Source: Octopus sinensis
Lineage: Eukaryota
NCBI RefSeq assembly: GCF_006345805.1
Contig: NC_042999.1
Location: forward strand, 69,254,001 to 69,318,000
Direction of reading: 5' to 3'
DNA: 64,000 nt
In this document: one piece after another, positions 39,074 through 51,829 of the stretch
Numbering within the stretch: the stretch's first letter is position 1
How the letters are laid out: every line of letters begins with the position of its first letter
Notes under the pieces: model-generated
Told to the model about the DNA's origin: nothing
Databases searched by the model: none
Seen by the model: only the letters and a program-made list of their open reading frames with translations
Made by a program: the position numbers and the translations under genes

Positions 39074-39354
39074 GACTATCGGAAACATTTTTTCACACTA
39101 AGAGTTGCTGAAGCATAGAATAAACTGCCGGCATCAGTTGTTTGTTGTCGGAGCACTGCATCCTTCAAAACTTCCATGCTTCCTAAGATTCACCAACACT
39201 ACACCTGATTTTCTCCCCTCCATACACACGCAAGCATGTATCTGACACATACACTGTTCACTTTCCACACATTTGTACATTACTGCATATGCATTATACG
39301 CACCTTTGACAAGTTGCGGTGCACCTGAGCACTGTATACAATAATTTCATTATT
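39074..39354 (+). mobile_element. CR1/L2-type LINE 3' end, second copy
   Basis: Highly similar to 14651-14930. Confidence 0.8.
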
Positions 39355-39804
39355 AAAAGGACAAAATATAAAGATTAAAATATCTGCATACAACCACCAG
39401 GAAGACTTGCTACAGATTTAAACTCCTCATAGAGTCTTACCTAATTTGTTGTTAATTTAAATAACAGAATTATGTGGCGGGGAGCATTCAGTTTTTCCCA
39501 CTTCTGAAGGGAGCATACATTAAATGTTTGAGAAGGACTGGCATAAATTATGAAATGAAGCCAGAACAAGATGGTTCTCCGTCACCTGTAGAAGTTGAAA
39601 TTTTTAGTGCAAGGCCAGTTATTTCAAGGGAGTGGATAAGTCAACTACCTTGACCCCAGTGCATAACTGGTATTTATCTTATTGGCCCTGAAAAAACGGA
39701 AAGCAAAGTCGACCTCAGTGGAATTTGAACTCAGAATATAAAGCTGGATGAAATACAGCTAAGCATTTCACTTGGCATGTATGTTTGTTTGTACATATAT
39801 ATAT

Positions 39805-40165
39805 AGGCACAGGTGTGGCTCTGTGGTAAGAAGCTTGCTTCCCAACCACATGATTCCAGATTCAATCCCACTGCATGGTACCTTGGGCGCCTTCTACTAT
39901 AGCCTCAGGCCAATCAAAGCTTTGTGACGGAAACAGGAAGAAGTCTGTCATATATATATATATATGTATTATATATATATATATACATATATATGTATGT
40001 ATTATTTGTGTGTCTGTGTTTGTCTTTCACCATCGCTTGACAACCAATGTTGGTGTGTTTACGTCCCTGTAATTTAGTGGTTCGGCAAAGTCCAGGGGTT
40101 GATTTGTTTGACTAAAGGTGATGCTCCAACATGGCTGCAGTCAAATGACTGAAACAAGTAAAAGA

Positions 40166-40166
<1 letters not shown>
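39805..40166 (+). mobile_element. SINE family A, full copy
   Basis: Head, TA tract and tail present. Confidence 0.87.
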
Positions 40167-40229
<63 letters not shown>

Positions 40230-40257
40230 GTATGTGCATGTATATATGTATGTGTGC

Positions 40258-40303
<46 letters not shown>

Positions 40304-40440
40304 TATATGAGTTAGAGGTTAGACAACCATCTAAGGGATAATAAATATCCAGTATACTACTATTTACATTCAAAGTATAACAAGTGGAGTTAAACAAAAG
40401 TTTATCCAGAATTTATATTTGGCAAGGAATAAAATGGAGA

Positions 40441-40631
40441 AGAGATTCAATTGAGAAACATCAACAAGATTTATTTATTACAATCATAGGAATAAATAAA
40501 TAAATGCAACTCCTCTCTTACAGCTGTTTTTACTTTGGAGGTCCAGCTGTAAGAGTAGAGAGTTATATTTATTTATTTATTCCTATGATTGTAATAAATA
40601 GATCTTGCTGATGTTTGTCAGTTGAATCTCT
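40441..40631. repeat. Fold-back hairpin, arms about 86 bp, 17-nt loop, arms ending at CAGCTG
   Basis: 40441-40526 / 40544-40631. Confidence 0.9.
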
Positions 40632-40954
40632 TCATTTTCTTCCTCTTGGTAGAAAACGAAATCAAAGTCTTCCCATGGAACTTGAACCCACATCACCATT
40701 GTTCTACCAAAGCCTTTGACTCTATTCATAAAAGTTTTTTGTTTTTTTTTTAACCTCATACCCCCTGCTAAACAATGTCAAATCAGTGTGGTAGAGTAGA
40801 CTCATTAAACCAGTATGAGCTCAAGTTCAAATTCACGGCTTCCACATTGGACTGTGGTTAGGTGGAGAGAATGTCCTGAAGCCTTCATCCTGCAGTGGAT
40901 GAACATAGGCAATCCAATCCAATCCTACACACCATATTTATAACCTTACCTACT

Positions 40955-41462
40955 TGATGGATATTCGTCCTCATCTTGTTTGTTGTTAACATGTTTCAGC
41001 TGATATATCCCCCCAGCCTTCATCAGGTGTCTTGGGGAAATTTCAGATCTGGATTCTCATTCCTAAGGTATTTTTTGATGTTGTTATTATTATTATTATT
41101 ATTATTATTCAGGTTACTGCCTGGAATCAAACTTGGAATCTTGGGCTTAGTAGCCCGTGCTCTTAACCACTATGCCATATGCCTGTAGTGGTAAAGAGTG
41201 TGGGCTACTAAACCCAAGATTCTGAGTTTGATTCCAGGCAGTGACCTGAATAATAATAATAATAATAATAATGATAATAATAATAACATCGAAAAATACC
41301 TTAGGAATGAGAACCCAGGTCTGAAATTTCCCCAAGACACCTGATGAAGGCTGGAGGGTCTATCAGCTGAAACGTTGTATTGACAACAAACAAGATGAGG
41401 ACAAACATCCATCAAATATAAATAATGTACATAATTCCTCATCACTTAAATATAGAACTGTA
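40955..41462. mobile_element. tRNA-headed fold-back element with hammerhead-like tail, copy 2 (head-to-head dimer)
   Basis: Minus unit (tail 40955-41078, head 41108-41182) abuts a plus unit (head 41185-41250, AAT, tail 41285-41462). Confidence 0.88.
41336..41381 (+). ncRNA. Minimal hammerhead motif in the tail of the tRNA-headed element (best-preserved copy)
   Basis: gacac-CTGATGA-a-ggctg(gagggtctat)cagct-GAAA-cg-TT-gtatt; extra A after A9 and palindromic AACGTT stem III. Confidence 0.62.
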
Positions 41463-42360
41463 TTACTTACCTACTTAAATTCCACTGTTAAAAATGATTT
41501 ATTTCATATCTCTCAATATTTCTAAACTCTTATGATATACATACGAATATGTGTGTCTATATTTACCAACACCACTCCTCCCCACTACATCACTACTTGA
41601 TAACCAGTGTTGTTGTGTTTACGTCACTGTAACTTAGCAATTTGGCAACAGATTTAAAATAAATAAATACTATGGTTGATCAATTTGACTAAAAATTTTT
41701 CAAGGTGGTGTCCCAGCATGGCCACAGTCTAATAACTGAAACAAGTAAAAGATAAAAGATCTCTTCATGTGTCCATTTGGAAAACAAGTAAATCCTGCCA
41801 AGTCTCTTTCAGTTTGATCCGAACAGATCCAGTTTAGTTCACCAAAGGATTTGTTACCCAAGGATCAAGGAGGAGAAACTCAGAATTACAGCTCATAAAA
41901 ATTCAACTTTGAATCTATGTTATTCCACTCTTCTTGACAGTATTGAGTACTTTTTTAACAGCATTTGCATTTCACAGTAGTTTGATAATAACAACAAGGA
42001 CAACGGCAACAATATATATATAAACCAGCAAGGGGAAGCTGCTGACCTCCCCTGTTCGAAAGTTATAATGGATACAGGTTTGTGTGTCACATAGCTAGCT
42101 AGAGGCAATGGCCTCTTGGAGATAATCAACGGCAGCATTTGTCCTATTTTCCTGGACTACCTTGTTAGCTTGGCAATAACTGTTAATATCCAGTACCACT
42201 GCTGTAGTCTCCTTTAGAGAAATTTAGAAATATTAATATTTCTATTATATATATATATATATATAAGTAGAGATTAATGTAAAAATATTATGGAAGATAT
42301 ATTATAAATAATTACGATTATTTTTGAATATACAAATGGCCAAACATGTTATAAATACAT

Positions 42361-42820
42361 AGAAGAAGGTTTATAATTATGGACAAGTCACAACTAAGAG
42401 GGTTTAAGAAAACCCTTACATGTTAAAAATAGCAGCCAAAACTGTTATAAAGCCATTATATCACTCATATATTTCAATTCAAAACTTGATTGTTTAGATA
42501 GAGGTGAAAATGTTTCTATTGCTGGTCGAGATTCATGCTAGCCCCAAGGTAAAGTCTTGTTTTGATTTCTATCTATAGGAATATTTCCCCTGAGAAGGTG
42601 AATGGGTCCTTTAAGAGGTCCCTAACATCGAATTTGCTATAGGGAATTATAGTTGTGGATTCTATCTGCCATGTCATATGAAGACAGTTTTTATTGTGAG
42701 GAGAAACGAGTGATATGATGGATTTATAGTGGTTTTGGCTGCTATCTTTAACATGTAAGGGTTTTTTAACCCTCTTAGTTATAATTGTAACTTGTTCATA
42801 ATTATAAACGTTTTTCTTCT
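42361..42820. repeat. Inverted-repeat element (arms 42361-42466 / 42708-42820), Penelope-like relic suspected
   Basis: Arms are reverse complements; the interior holds a decayed hammerhead-like motif. Confidence 0.75.
42585..42646 (+). ncRNA. Decayed hammerhead-like relic inside an inverted-repeat element
   Basis: ttccc-CTGAGaA-ggtg...catc-GAAt-ttgcta-TA-gggaa; two core substitutions, stem I 5 bp. Confidence 0.3.
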
Positions 42821-43042
42821 TTATATATATATATATATATATTTAAGGAATGGAGTAGATAGAATCCAGGCTACATATGTTTCATAGCGAGTGGAACCGT
42901 GGAAATGGTAAATATCCAAGCGAGGTGTATACCGCAGGCTAATCTTCAGGCTGAGGATATTTTCATTAAATGAAAGTTTACAGTGTCGCAAGGAGGTACA
43001 TGTTAACACATGGAAGATTCAAAGATTCAATTGGATCTTACA

Positions 43043-43116
<74 letters not shown>

Positions 43117-44008
43117 CTGCAGTGAATTGAAGAGTAACCATCACCACCACAACCACCGCAACCAAGAAATTGTAAAGCACCATCACCATTGCAAAATTCA
43201 ATCAGTTTATTGTCTTTAAAAAAAAGAGATTATTGGAGTGGGAGAGTTACATTAATATGATTATATGAGGGAGAGTCCATTCGTGGAAGACATGTCTCTT
43301 GTAAGGAAAAGGCAGCAATAGGAGGAAGACAGCTCAGTGAAAGTGTAAGAGAGCTTGTTAAAACTAAAAATAAAAACATTCAACATAATAAGCAAGGTTT
43401 GTAACAAGGGTGAGATTTATTTAATGCTTCTATTATATTTCGGGAAAGATTTCCCTTATCAAATATAAGATAGAAAATAATCGAAGAATTTAGAAAAAAA
43501 AAGTGTTATTATTGTCACAACACACCAGAATGGCTTGCTGATAACAATACTTTTTCTCAACACTGTTGGTTTATTTTCCATGTAATACTTAACAAAGTGA
43601 AGATTTTCCAAAATATATTAGAAGCATTAAACAATCTGTGAAGGTGAGGATAAGCAGGAAATACCCAGGTTATGAATGCAGCGTATTTAGGAGTACAACG
43701 GAGTCAAACAGTTAGCTTCCATTTTTTTTTGTAACCTTTGTTTTGTTTGTTTGTTATACTGAATGAAATTCATTTGCTTTTTAATATTGTACAAATTGTT
43801 AAGTAATGAAATTATGTGGAATATACTATTCAATATATATAACAACTATTATTTTCATTCATAGCACCAATATAACAGTGAGTGTGTGATAAATTTGTAC
43901 TAAAATATTACATTTATATAAATTTAAGGCACTTCCAGACTTGTAAGAAAAAGAATATTTTTAGAAAGTGAAGGAATTTACCCAAGTTTTGGCTAATCGT
44001 TTGGAAAG

Positions 44009-44039
<31 letters not shown>

Positions 44040-44552
44040 CACATGCTTATATATGTATGTGTGTATATATTTAATATATACAAAACTAGTAATGTCCTCT
44101 CCAACATATATTTGTGTCTATTTCACTTTTGTTATGTTTTTTTCCCTACCACACATTGCAAATTACAAATTTCCTAATTTATTTCTTATTTGTTTGAAAC
44201 TGTCTTAGGTCTCTGTTTCTGCACGTACTCTTGAATGCCATTTAATATTTTACAAGTTTCCATGCAAAAGGGAAACTTTATATTCAACGTTTAGCTTCCC
44301 AGAGCCCTAATACACGCAGAAAACAGCAGATAGTTCTCATAAGCACCAAGATATACTTCTCTGTTTTCATAAAGTGGTTTGCCACTCAAAAATGTGTGAA
44401 ATGCTACGCATCTATATCTACAAGGAAATACAGCTCTTAACAAAAATATGCTAAAATTTTACAGTTTAACAGAAAACACAAAATATAATACAAGTTTAAA
44501 AAATAGACATATTTTAAAATATGGAATGTAATTTACATGTCATAATATTATT

Positions 44553-44593
<41 letters not shown>

Positions 44594-44708
44594 TAATAAT
44601 ATAATAATAATAATAATAATAACAATAATAATAATAATAATGATGATGATTATGATAATAAAATAATTTATGATCATGATGAAAATGATATTTTTTTTTA
44701 CTTTTCCG

Positions 44709-44995
44709 TTAACCATTTCAAGTACCAAATATCTGAATTTATTTTTTGGTAAGTCACAGACAAAACCAAGTAAAGAATTTTGGAATAATTCAGATACAAA
44801 AAAGACCAACTTAAATTTTATGGTTTGCATGCACACACACACATACACACGCACACTGGTACACACATTACATAGACATGCAGATGCACACACATACATG
44901 CTACACCCAATGCAGGTACAGTTTTATGATGGCATATTGCAAGGAATTGGTTACCTTCACCAGTGCCATCAGCATTTGGTACTTGAAATGGTTAA
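44709..44995. repeat. Perfect 22-bp inverted repeat with TTAA ends (possible piggyBac-like MITE)
   Basis: ttaaccatttcaagtaccaaat (44709-44730) / atttggtacttgaaatggttaa (44974-44995). Confidence 0.65.
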
Positions 44996-45547
44996 TAACA
45001 AACTTAACAAATATAGCAACAAAAATTCAAGTGAAACATTTTAAACTAAAAGAAGGAAAGAAACTTCTTAAAGAATGTCTGGATGTGTGAAAGAGAGCGG
45101 GGTGGTGGGGGGGGAAGAAGAAGAAGAATCCAGAGGGGAACACAGGCAGGGGAGAGAGCAGAGACTAAAAAAAACAGATAGAAAGAAAAAAGAATAGAAG
45201 AAAAATAGGATAGAGAGGGGCATGAGCCAAAAGAAGAAGGAGAAGAGAATGAAAGAGAGAACAGAAGGGAAGAAGAAGAAAAATGGTGTCGGGTGGGGCA
45301 GAGTGCAGATGTTCTAAGAATGTCAAGCCAGATTTATTCTTCAAAGAACATTTTCTGTAAATAATATACAAATAACATTTTAAGAAGTTAAAAATTCTAA
45401 ACTCCCTCACCGAAAGCCCAATTAATATGTGTGTATGTATATGTGTATATATATATATATATATAACACTCACACAGATGTATGTGTGTATGCACACACA
45501 CACATATATATATATATAAACAATTTAAGTGCAGTAGGTGTTAATAA

Positions 45548-45740
45548 GCCATTTAAAAACACACAAAAACCATTGGATTCACTTCATCATTTAAATTTAA
45601 TTTGTCGAAATTTTCCATGCAGCACAGAATTTTGTCAGTGAACCGGTTGCAGTCTCAAAACAATGAAAACATTTTGACACAAATTAAATTTAAATATTAA
45701 AGTGAATCTAACAGTTTTTGTGTGTCTTTAAATGGTTTAT
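45548..45740. repeat. Imperfect long hairpin in TE-poor sequence
   Basis: aagccatttaaaaacacacaaaa...atttaaattta / taaatttaaat...ttttgtgtgtctttaaatggttt. Confidence 0.75.
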
Positions 45741-45820
45741 AAACACCTTCCACGCTGCAATTGTTTTTGTTTCAGCACATGATCTCAGATCAGGTCACTT
45801 GCTATGCAAGTACATCTCCC

Positions 45821-45873
<53 letters not shown>

Positions 45874-47274
45874 TTCACAGAAGCATGTATATAAAGGTAT
45901 ATCTATATACACATACAAATATATGCATATAAAAATATATTCATACACACACAAATGTATATATATAAAGACATATATTTCTCTCTCACTATATATATAT
46001 ATATATATAGGTAAAGAAATGTGACATCAATTGTGCACACATACAATTATATGCATGTTTGTGCTTCATGTGGGACATTTTCTTTTTCTTCACACAAATG
46101 ACTAGAATTGGTGTTGAATTGTCATGGAGAAGTAAATTTTTGCTCTACTCAACCATATTAATATGATAAACAGCAGTAATCAATTAACTAATTAGTTAAT
46201 TAGTCCTAATATTTTAGAGAACTGTGTGCATTTTAATGTCCACTTTTCCATGCTTGTGTGGGTTGGGCAGATGTCATTGAGGCATATTTGCTACCACTGG
46301 ATGCCTTTCCAGTCACCAACCATTACTTGTTTCCAAGTAAAGTGAAATATTACCCCATAGCCAGACATGTTTTTGCAATATATTGGAAATGAATGACACT
46401 GCTTATATGACAGTGACAATCCTTTACAGCTCTCATGCAATATGAATCCTAGGAAACATACACATACGTACATATATGAAAGGTGTCTTTCAATTTCCAT
46501 GTACCAAACCCATTGTAGTAAAAGACACTTGCTTGAGGTTCCACACAGTGGGACTGAACCCAAAACTGTGTGGTTGGGAAGCAAACTTCTTAACTACACA
46601 GCCACACCTGCACCTCTGGTGTTAGACAAAGCTTGTTGTTGTTGCGTAGCCCTAGGTCAGTTGTGATCGAGCAGAACTATAATCAAAGATATTCCAGCCA
46701 TAACCATCCTGTCTTTTTAAAGAGTGTCTCAGACAACATTGTCCTGCTGAGACAGTAGAGAAATTTGACTGGTCTTTCTAGTTAATCAATTAGCTACCTT
46801 GCTAGTGATTCATGGGATTACCCTAAGAGGGACATGCTATGAAGGGGGGGGCGAAAGAGGGGGAAGGGGTGGAAAAGTAGGGGGATGGAGAGGAGTGGAG
46901 GTGGAGGGAGGAGAAGAAGAAGAAAAGGAAGAAGTGTAGAGGAAAAATAGTAGAAAACAATGAAACCTTGCTGCAGGCCCTGTTTTCTCAAATGTTTATT
47001 TATCCCAGAACCAGGATCTAGGAGAGGAAATTTGGATTAATCAAACACTAATTTCAAATTTTGGCACAAGGCTAACAATTTCAAGGATGAGGGGAAGTTG
47101 TTTTAAATCAGTTACATCAACCCCAGGGCTCAACTGGTCCTTATTTTATCAACCTTGAATGAATGAAAGGTAAAGCCAACCTTGGCGGAATTTGAACTCA
47201 GTACGTAAAGCCAAATGAAGTGTTGCAAAGCATTCTGCCCACCGTGCAGACCATTCTGCTGGCTCACTCCCGAA

Positions 47275-47660
47275 GTGGCTGTGTGGTAAGTAGCTTGCTT
47301 ACCAACCACATGGTTCCGGGTTCAGTCCCACTGCATGGCACCTTGGGCAAGTGTCTTCTACTATAGCCTCAGGCCGACCAAAGCCTTGTGAATGGATTTG
47401 GTAGACAGAAACTGAAAGAAGCCCGTTGTATGTATATATATATATGTATATGTATGTGTTTGTGTGTCTGTGTTTGTCCCCCCCAACATTGCTTGACAAC
47501 CGATGCTGGTGTGTTTATGTCCCCGTCACCTAGTGGTTTGGCAAGAGATCGATAGAATAAGTACTAGGCTTACAATAAGTCTTGGAGTCGATTTGTTTGA
47601 CTAAAGTCGGTGCTCCAGGATGGCCGCAGTCACTGAAACAAATAGAAGAATAAAAGAATA
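47275..47660 (+). mobile_element. SINE family A, full and well-preserved copy
   Basis: gtggctgtgtggtaagtagcttgcttaccaaccacatggttccgggttcagtccc... to the aaaagaat tail. Confidence 0.9.
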
Positions 47661-48081
47661 ACTACTAATTGTCAAAATGGTTTAACATTAATCTCAACCC
47701 TTCAAGAAGGTCTGTTGTCCCCAGGACAACGCTGATCAAACTGAGCTAAGATCAAGAGCATTCCTGCCATGACTATCATGTCTTTTCAGCAGTATCAAGG
47801 ACTACATTATTTAATGTGACCTTTTTATTTTCAAGATGATAGAGTGTGATTTGAAGGAGCTCTGGCTGCTATTTCTAGGAAGTAGAGTGACCACAGAAGC
47901 TCCCCGTTGTTGTTGAGTCTTCTTGGTCAGCTCAGCTTGACCAAACACCAGACTGAGGATTTGAGAAGAATATAGTTCAACATGGTTCAACAAAGCTGTA
48001 GAACAGTATTTCCAGCCATGGCAACCCAGTCAATATTACATGTTGATCAAAGAATGTAAAATTTAAAACCAAATGGCTTCC

Positions 48082-48320
48082 ATTTTCAAGTCAGTGGAAA
48101 TATTTTCATTGAGCAAGAATATCATTTTTCTCTTTCTGTGTGTGTGTTGTGTGTGTGGTGTGTGTGTGTGTGTGTGTGGGTGTTTATTTAACAATCCAAC
48201 ACATTACTGTTTTCTTCAAGTCAGTGGAAATATTTTCATTGAGCAAGAATATCATTTTTCTCTTTCTGTGTGTGTGTGTTGGGTGTTTATTTAACAATCC
48301 AACACATTACTGTTTTCTTC
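48082..48320 (+). repeat. Local tandem duplication, about 110-130 bp x2
   Basis: ttcaagtcagtggaaatattttcattgagcaagaatatc...acattactgttttctt occurs twice, differing in the (GT)n tract. Confidence 0.9.
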
Positions 48321-49937
48321 TCACAGGCCTCTTGAAAACACACACACACACATATATATATATAGGTATGTGTGTGTGTGTGAGAGACAGTGCTTAAACA
48401 GTGATGTGCATAACAACAAGCTTGTCACCAGTTAAAATATGCTTGATGATTATTCAAGCCTTTAAGGTCATTCATTGAAAACTGGAGAAAATGTCTCATT
48501 GAAGACAAATAGCTGTTAATACACCAAGTCAGCTCACAGCAACCCCTAACCATACTATGGCATGCATGCATTTCAGAGTGGTTATCACCTCTTCAGCAGC
48601 AGACACTGGAAATATATGCATTCATTCAACAGTGTGGTTAGGTGGTTTTACATCTATTTATAAACAGTGAGAAATCATCTCCGCAACAAAATGCAGTGAA
48701 TGATTTTCATCCAGGTTTGAATATGTTCAAAACATATTTGAACTGGTAACACACACACACATGCACATATACGAAAGACTTCCACACAGTTTCTGTCTAC
48801 CAAATTCACTCACAAGGTATTGGTCAGCCCAGGGCTATAGTAGAAGATACCTTCCCAAGATGCTGTGTAATAGGATTGATCTCAAAATCACATGGTTACA
48901 AAGCAAACTTCTTAAGCACACACACACACGAGTGTGTATGTGTCCATACACGCATTGCATTTGGCTAGCAGATAGTCAAAAGGTCAGAGTGGACAGAATC
49001 TACCAGAGTACAAATACATTTACTAAGTATGTTTTGACCCTGGGGGAGTAAAAGAAACAGCTGTACCCAGAAGAATTCGAACTGGACCAATATTTGATTT
49101 TAAAAATTCTTGGTCCAGTCCTCTTAGTGATTTTTGTTAATTACCCTCTTTTATTAATTTCAATATTTATTATTTAGTTGGAATGTCAAGGAAGAGAGCT
49201 ATGTAAAAAATTAAAATAATAATAAAATAATATAAATAAAATCTTCCAAATTGCATATCTTAATTCACAAAGGGGGCAAGTTTTGAGAGAGTAAAAGGAA
49301 TGATAGTAAATAAAGCCCAGCATATGACTGGTATTTTATGTATTTTATCAACCCTTGATGGATGAAAGGTAAAGTTGGCACCAATGAGATATTGAACTCA
49401 AACTGTCAATGGACAAAAATGATATTCTTATAAAATATTTCTTGACAGTTTCTGTCAATTTACCATTTTCATCTTTTAGAAATCATCAGCTTTTGTTTAT
49501 TTGTAAAATATTTTAAAATAATTGGAAAAAAAAAATTATATTTGTTTACTCCCCATGAGGAAATAATAAATTGATTGAGATCAAGAATGAATTCAAATTA
49601 CATTATATAGAATAAGGAATCTGGTTAGTTCTCAACCGATAATGCAAAGATGGTAGGGATGAGAAAAGAAGAAGGGAAGGAAGGGTAGATTTCTATAGAG
49701 TTTAGTAGATAAAAGATACCTCATTACTCTGGTACACTGGCTAAGTCACTAGAGCCTATGAGTTGTAACTTCCCCACCTGAAGTGAATAGATTTCAGGGG
49801 TTATTTAAAAAACACAACAAATGCTTGTGAGACAAAGCAGAAGTAATGAGGGTTAACAAGTTGTGAATTATTTGTTACTTTGAACTACATACACTCTGCC
49901 ATTTCATCTTTACTATTTCAACAAAAATAATGTTTAA

Positions 49938-50156
49938 CCCTTTAGCATTTAAACCGGCCATATCCGGCCCAAATATTCCACCCGTTTTATGTTCAGACCA
50001 GCCAGATCTGACCTCTCACATATACCCTTAAATGTCATTCTAAAAACAATCAATCACATCATTGAAATCTCGAAGCTATGAGATAAGCCATGATTAAATC
50101 AAAACAATGTGAATAAATAAGCATTATTTTGATAGAATAATCTGAATACTAAAGGG
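49938..50156. mobile_element. piggyBac-like MITE, 219 bp
   Basis: TTAA on both sides; ends ccctttagcattta / tgaatactaaaggg. Confidence 0.85.
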
Positions 50157-50362
50157 TTAAATAGTTTGATAGAAGAGACAGGTGGACAGAGGAAAGGGTG
50201 GAGTACCAGAAATATAAAACATTTTTAGGCTTAGTGGGATTTGATGAAGATTGTTTATATCTATCTATCTTTCTATCTATCTACTATATATATATATCAT
50301 GCTAGCATGGAGAACGGACGTTAAACGATGATGATGATTTATATATATATCTATATATATAT

Positions 50363-50475
<113 letters not shown>

Positions 50476-51829
50476 TTCTTTAATTGATGATTATACTGTA
50501 CGTTACTGATGATCATTTCTATTATTTAAAACAGTTTGGTTCAGCCCCATGTGACTTAAAGTTTTGTAGGTTTCTTACAGAAATCTAGTTTGTCAGGCTT
50601 AATTGACTGAATGAAGAGATATGTGTGTGTATACCTGTCAATACATACGCATATATATATGTGTATATATATATGTAGTAGCTGTAGTAAATCAACTGAT
50701 AAAGTTGTTAAATTGACTCCTTCATTAAGGACTCAGTAACCAGGGCTTCATTTTTTTAGGATCTTCAAGATGTAGTGGGGCAGGGAGGAAGAGACATTAC
50801 CTTCAGTCCAAAGATCTATCCCAAAAACTTTCATCGCATCACACTTCACGAAAGGTACTTACAGACCAAGTGGAGGTGTTAAATCAGTCCCTACACTAAG
50901 GGTACCACCTAAAAACACAGGAAAGTTCTTTCAAGCAGACTTCCACACCTTTTCAGTCTACCCAGCTTCATTGATAAGGCTTTGGGTCAACTAGAGGCTA
51001 TGATAGAAGACACAAGGTGCTTCACAGTGGGATGGAACCTGAAACTATTTAGTTGGAAAGCAAGCTTCTTAACTACGGAGCGACAACTCCAGCCCATATA
51101 GATTCCATTTCAAAAAGCAGAATTTGCTCTACAGTCAGCAGATGTCTTAGACAGAACCGATTACAACACTCAAGGAGTCTTGGATCTGGAGCACCTTAAC
51201 CATCCAGGGAAGTTGCAATGCAGACAACAGCACAGAATGTGGCAGCAGAGGCATCCAGGTGTCATGACCTGATTGCCACCAGGCCCTCTTTGAGTGTAAG
51301 AAGTTAAGGCCTGAAACACTTGCCTCAGGTGGGGGCTTCTCGGAAGACCTGCTAGTCAGCTCTCCTTAGAGCCTCTTACTACCATTAAGATAAAAAATTG
51401 ATCAGAAATGTCTCATTGTTATTTGATCTCTGACCATCCTGATTTCTAGAATTTTGCCCAATTATCATAAAAAGTATAAAGAATTAAAAATATCATACTC
51501 TTTTAGGGAGCTTGGTATATCATAGCTTAATGAATGTTAGTACTGTTGAAAATAGAAACTAACAGCCTCCCAATGTTATTTCCTGGTCCCTTAAAAAAAT
51601 AGATTCCAGGAAGGAAAAAAAGTAAAAGGATTTGGGGACAATTTACTTTTAAATTGTAAATGGAGTTTGAAGTAGAAGCAATATTTTTGGTACATCACAA
51701 ACTTTTGTAGATTAAATATAATATGAAATTAGGAACAGATTCTGTGATGATTTTTAATGTTTTTTTTTTTAAGTACAAACATAGATATACACAGGGATCA
51801 TATTTGAGGGACTGATGTCAGAGGAAACT

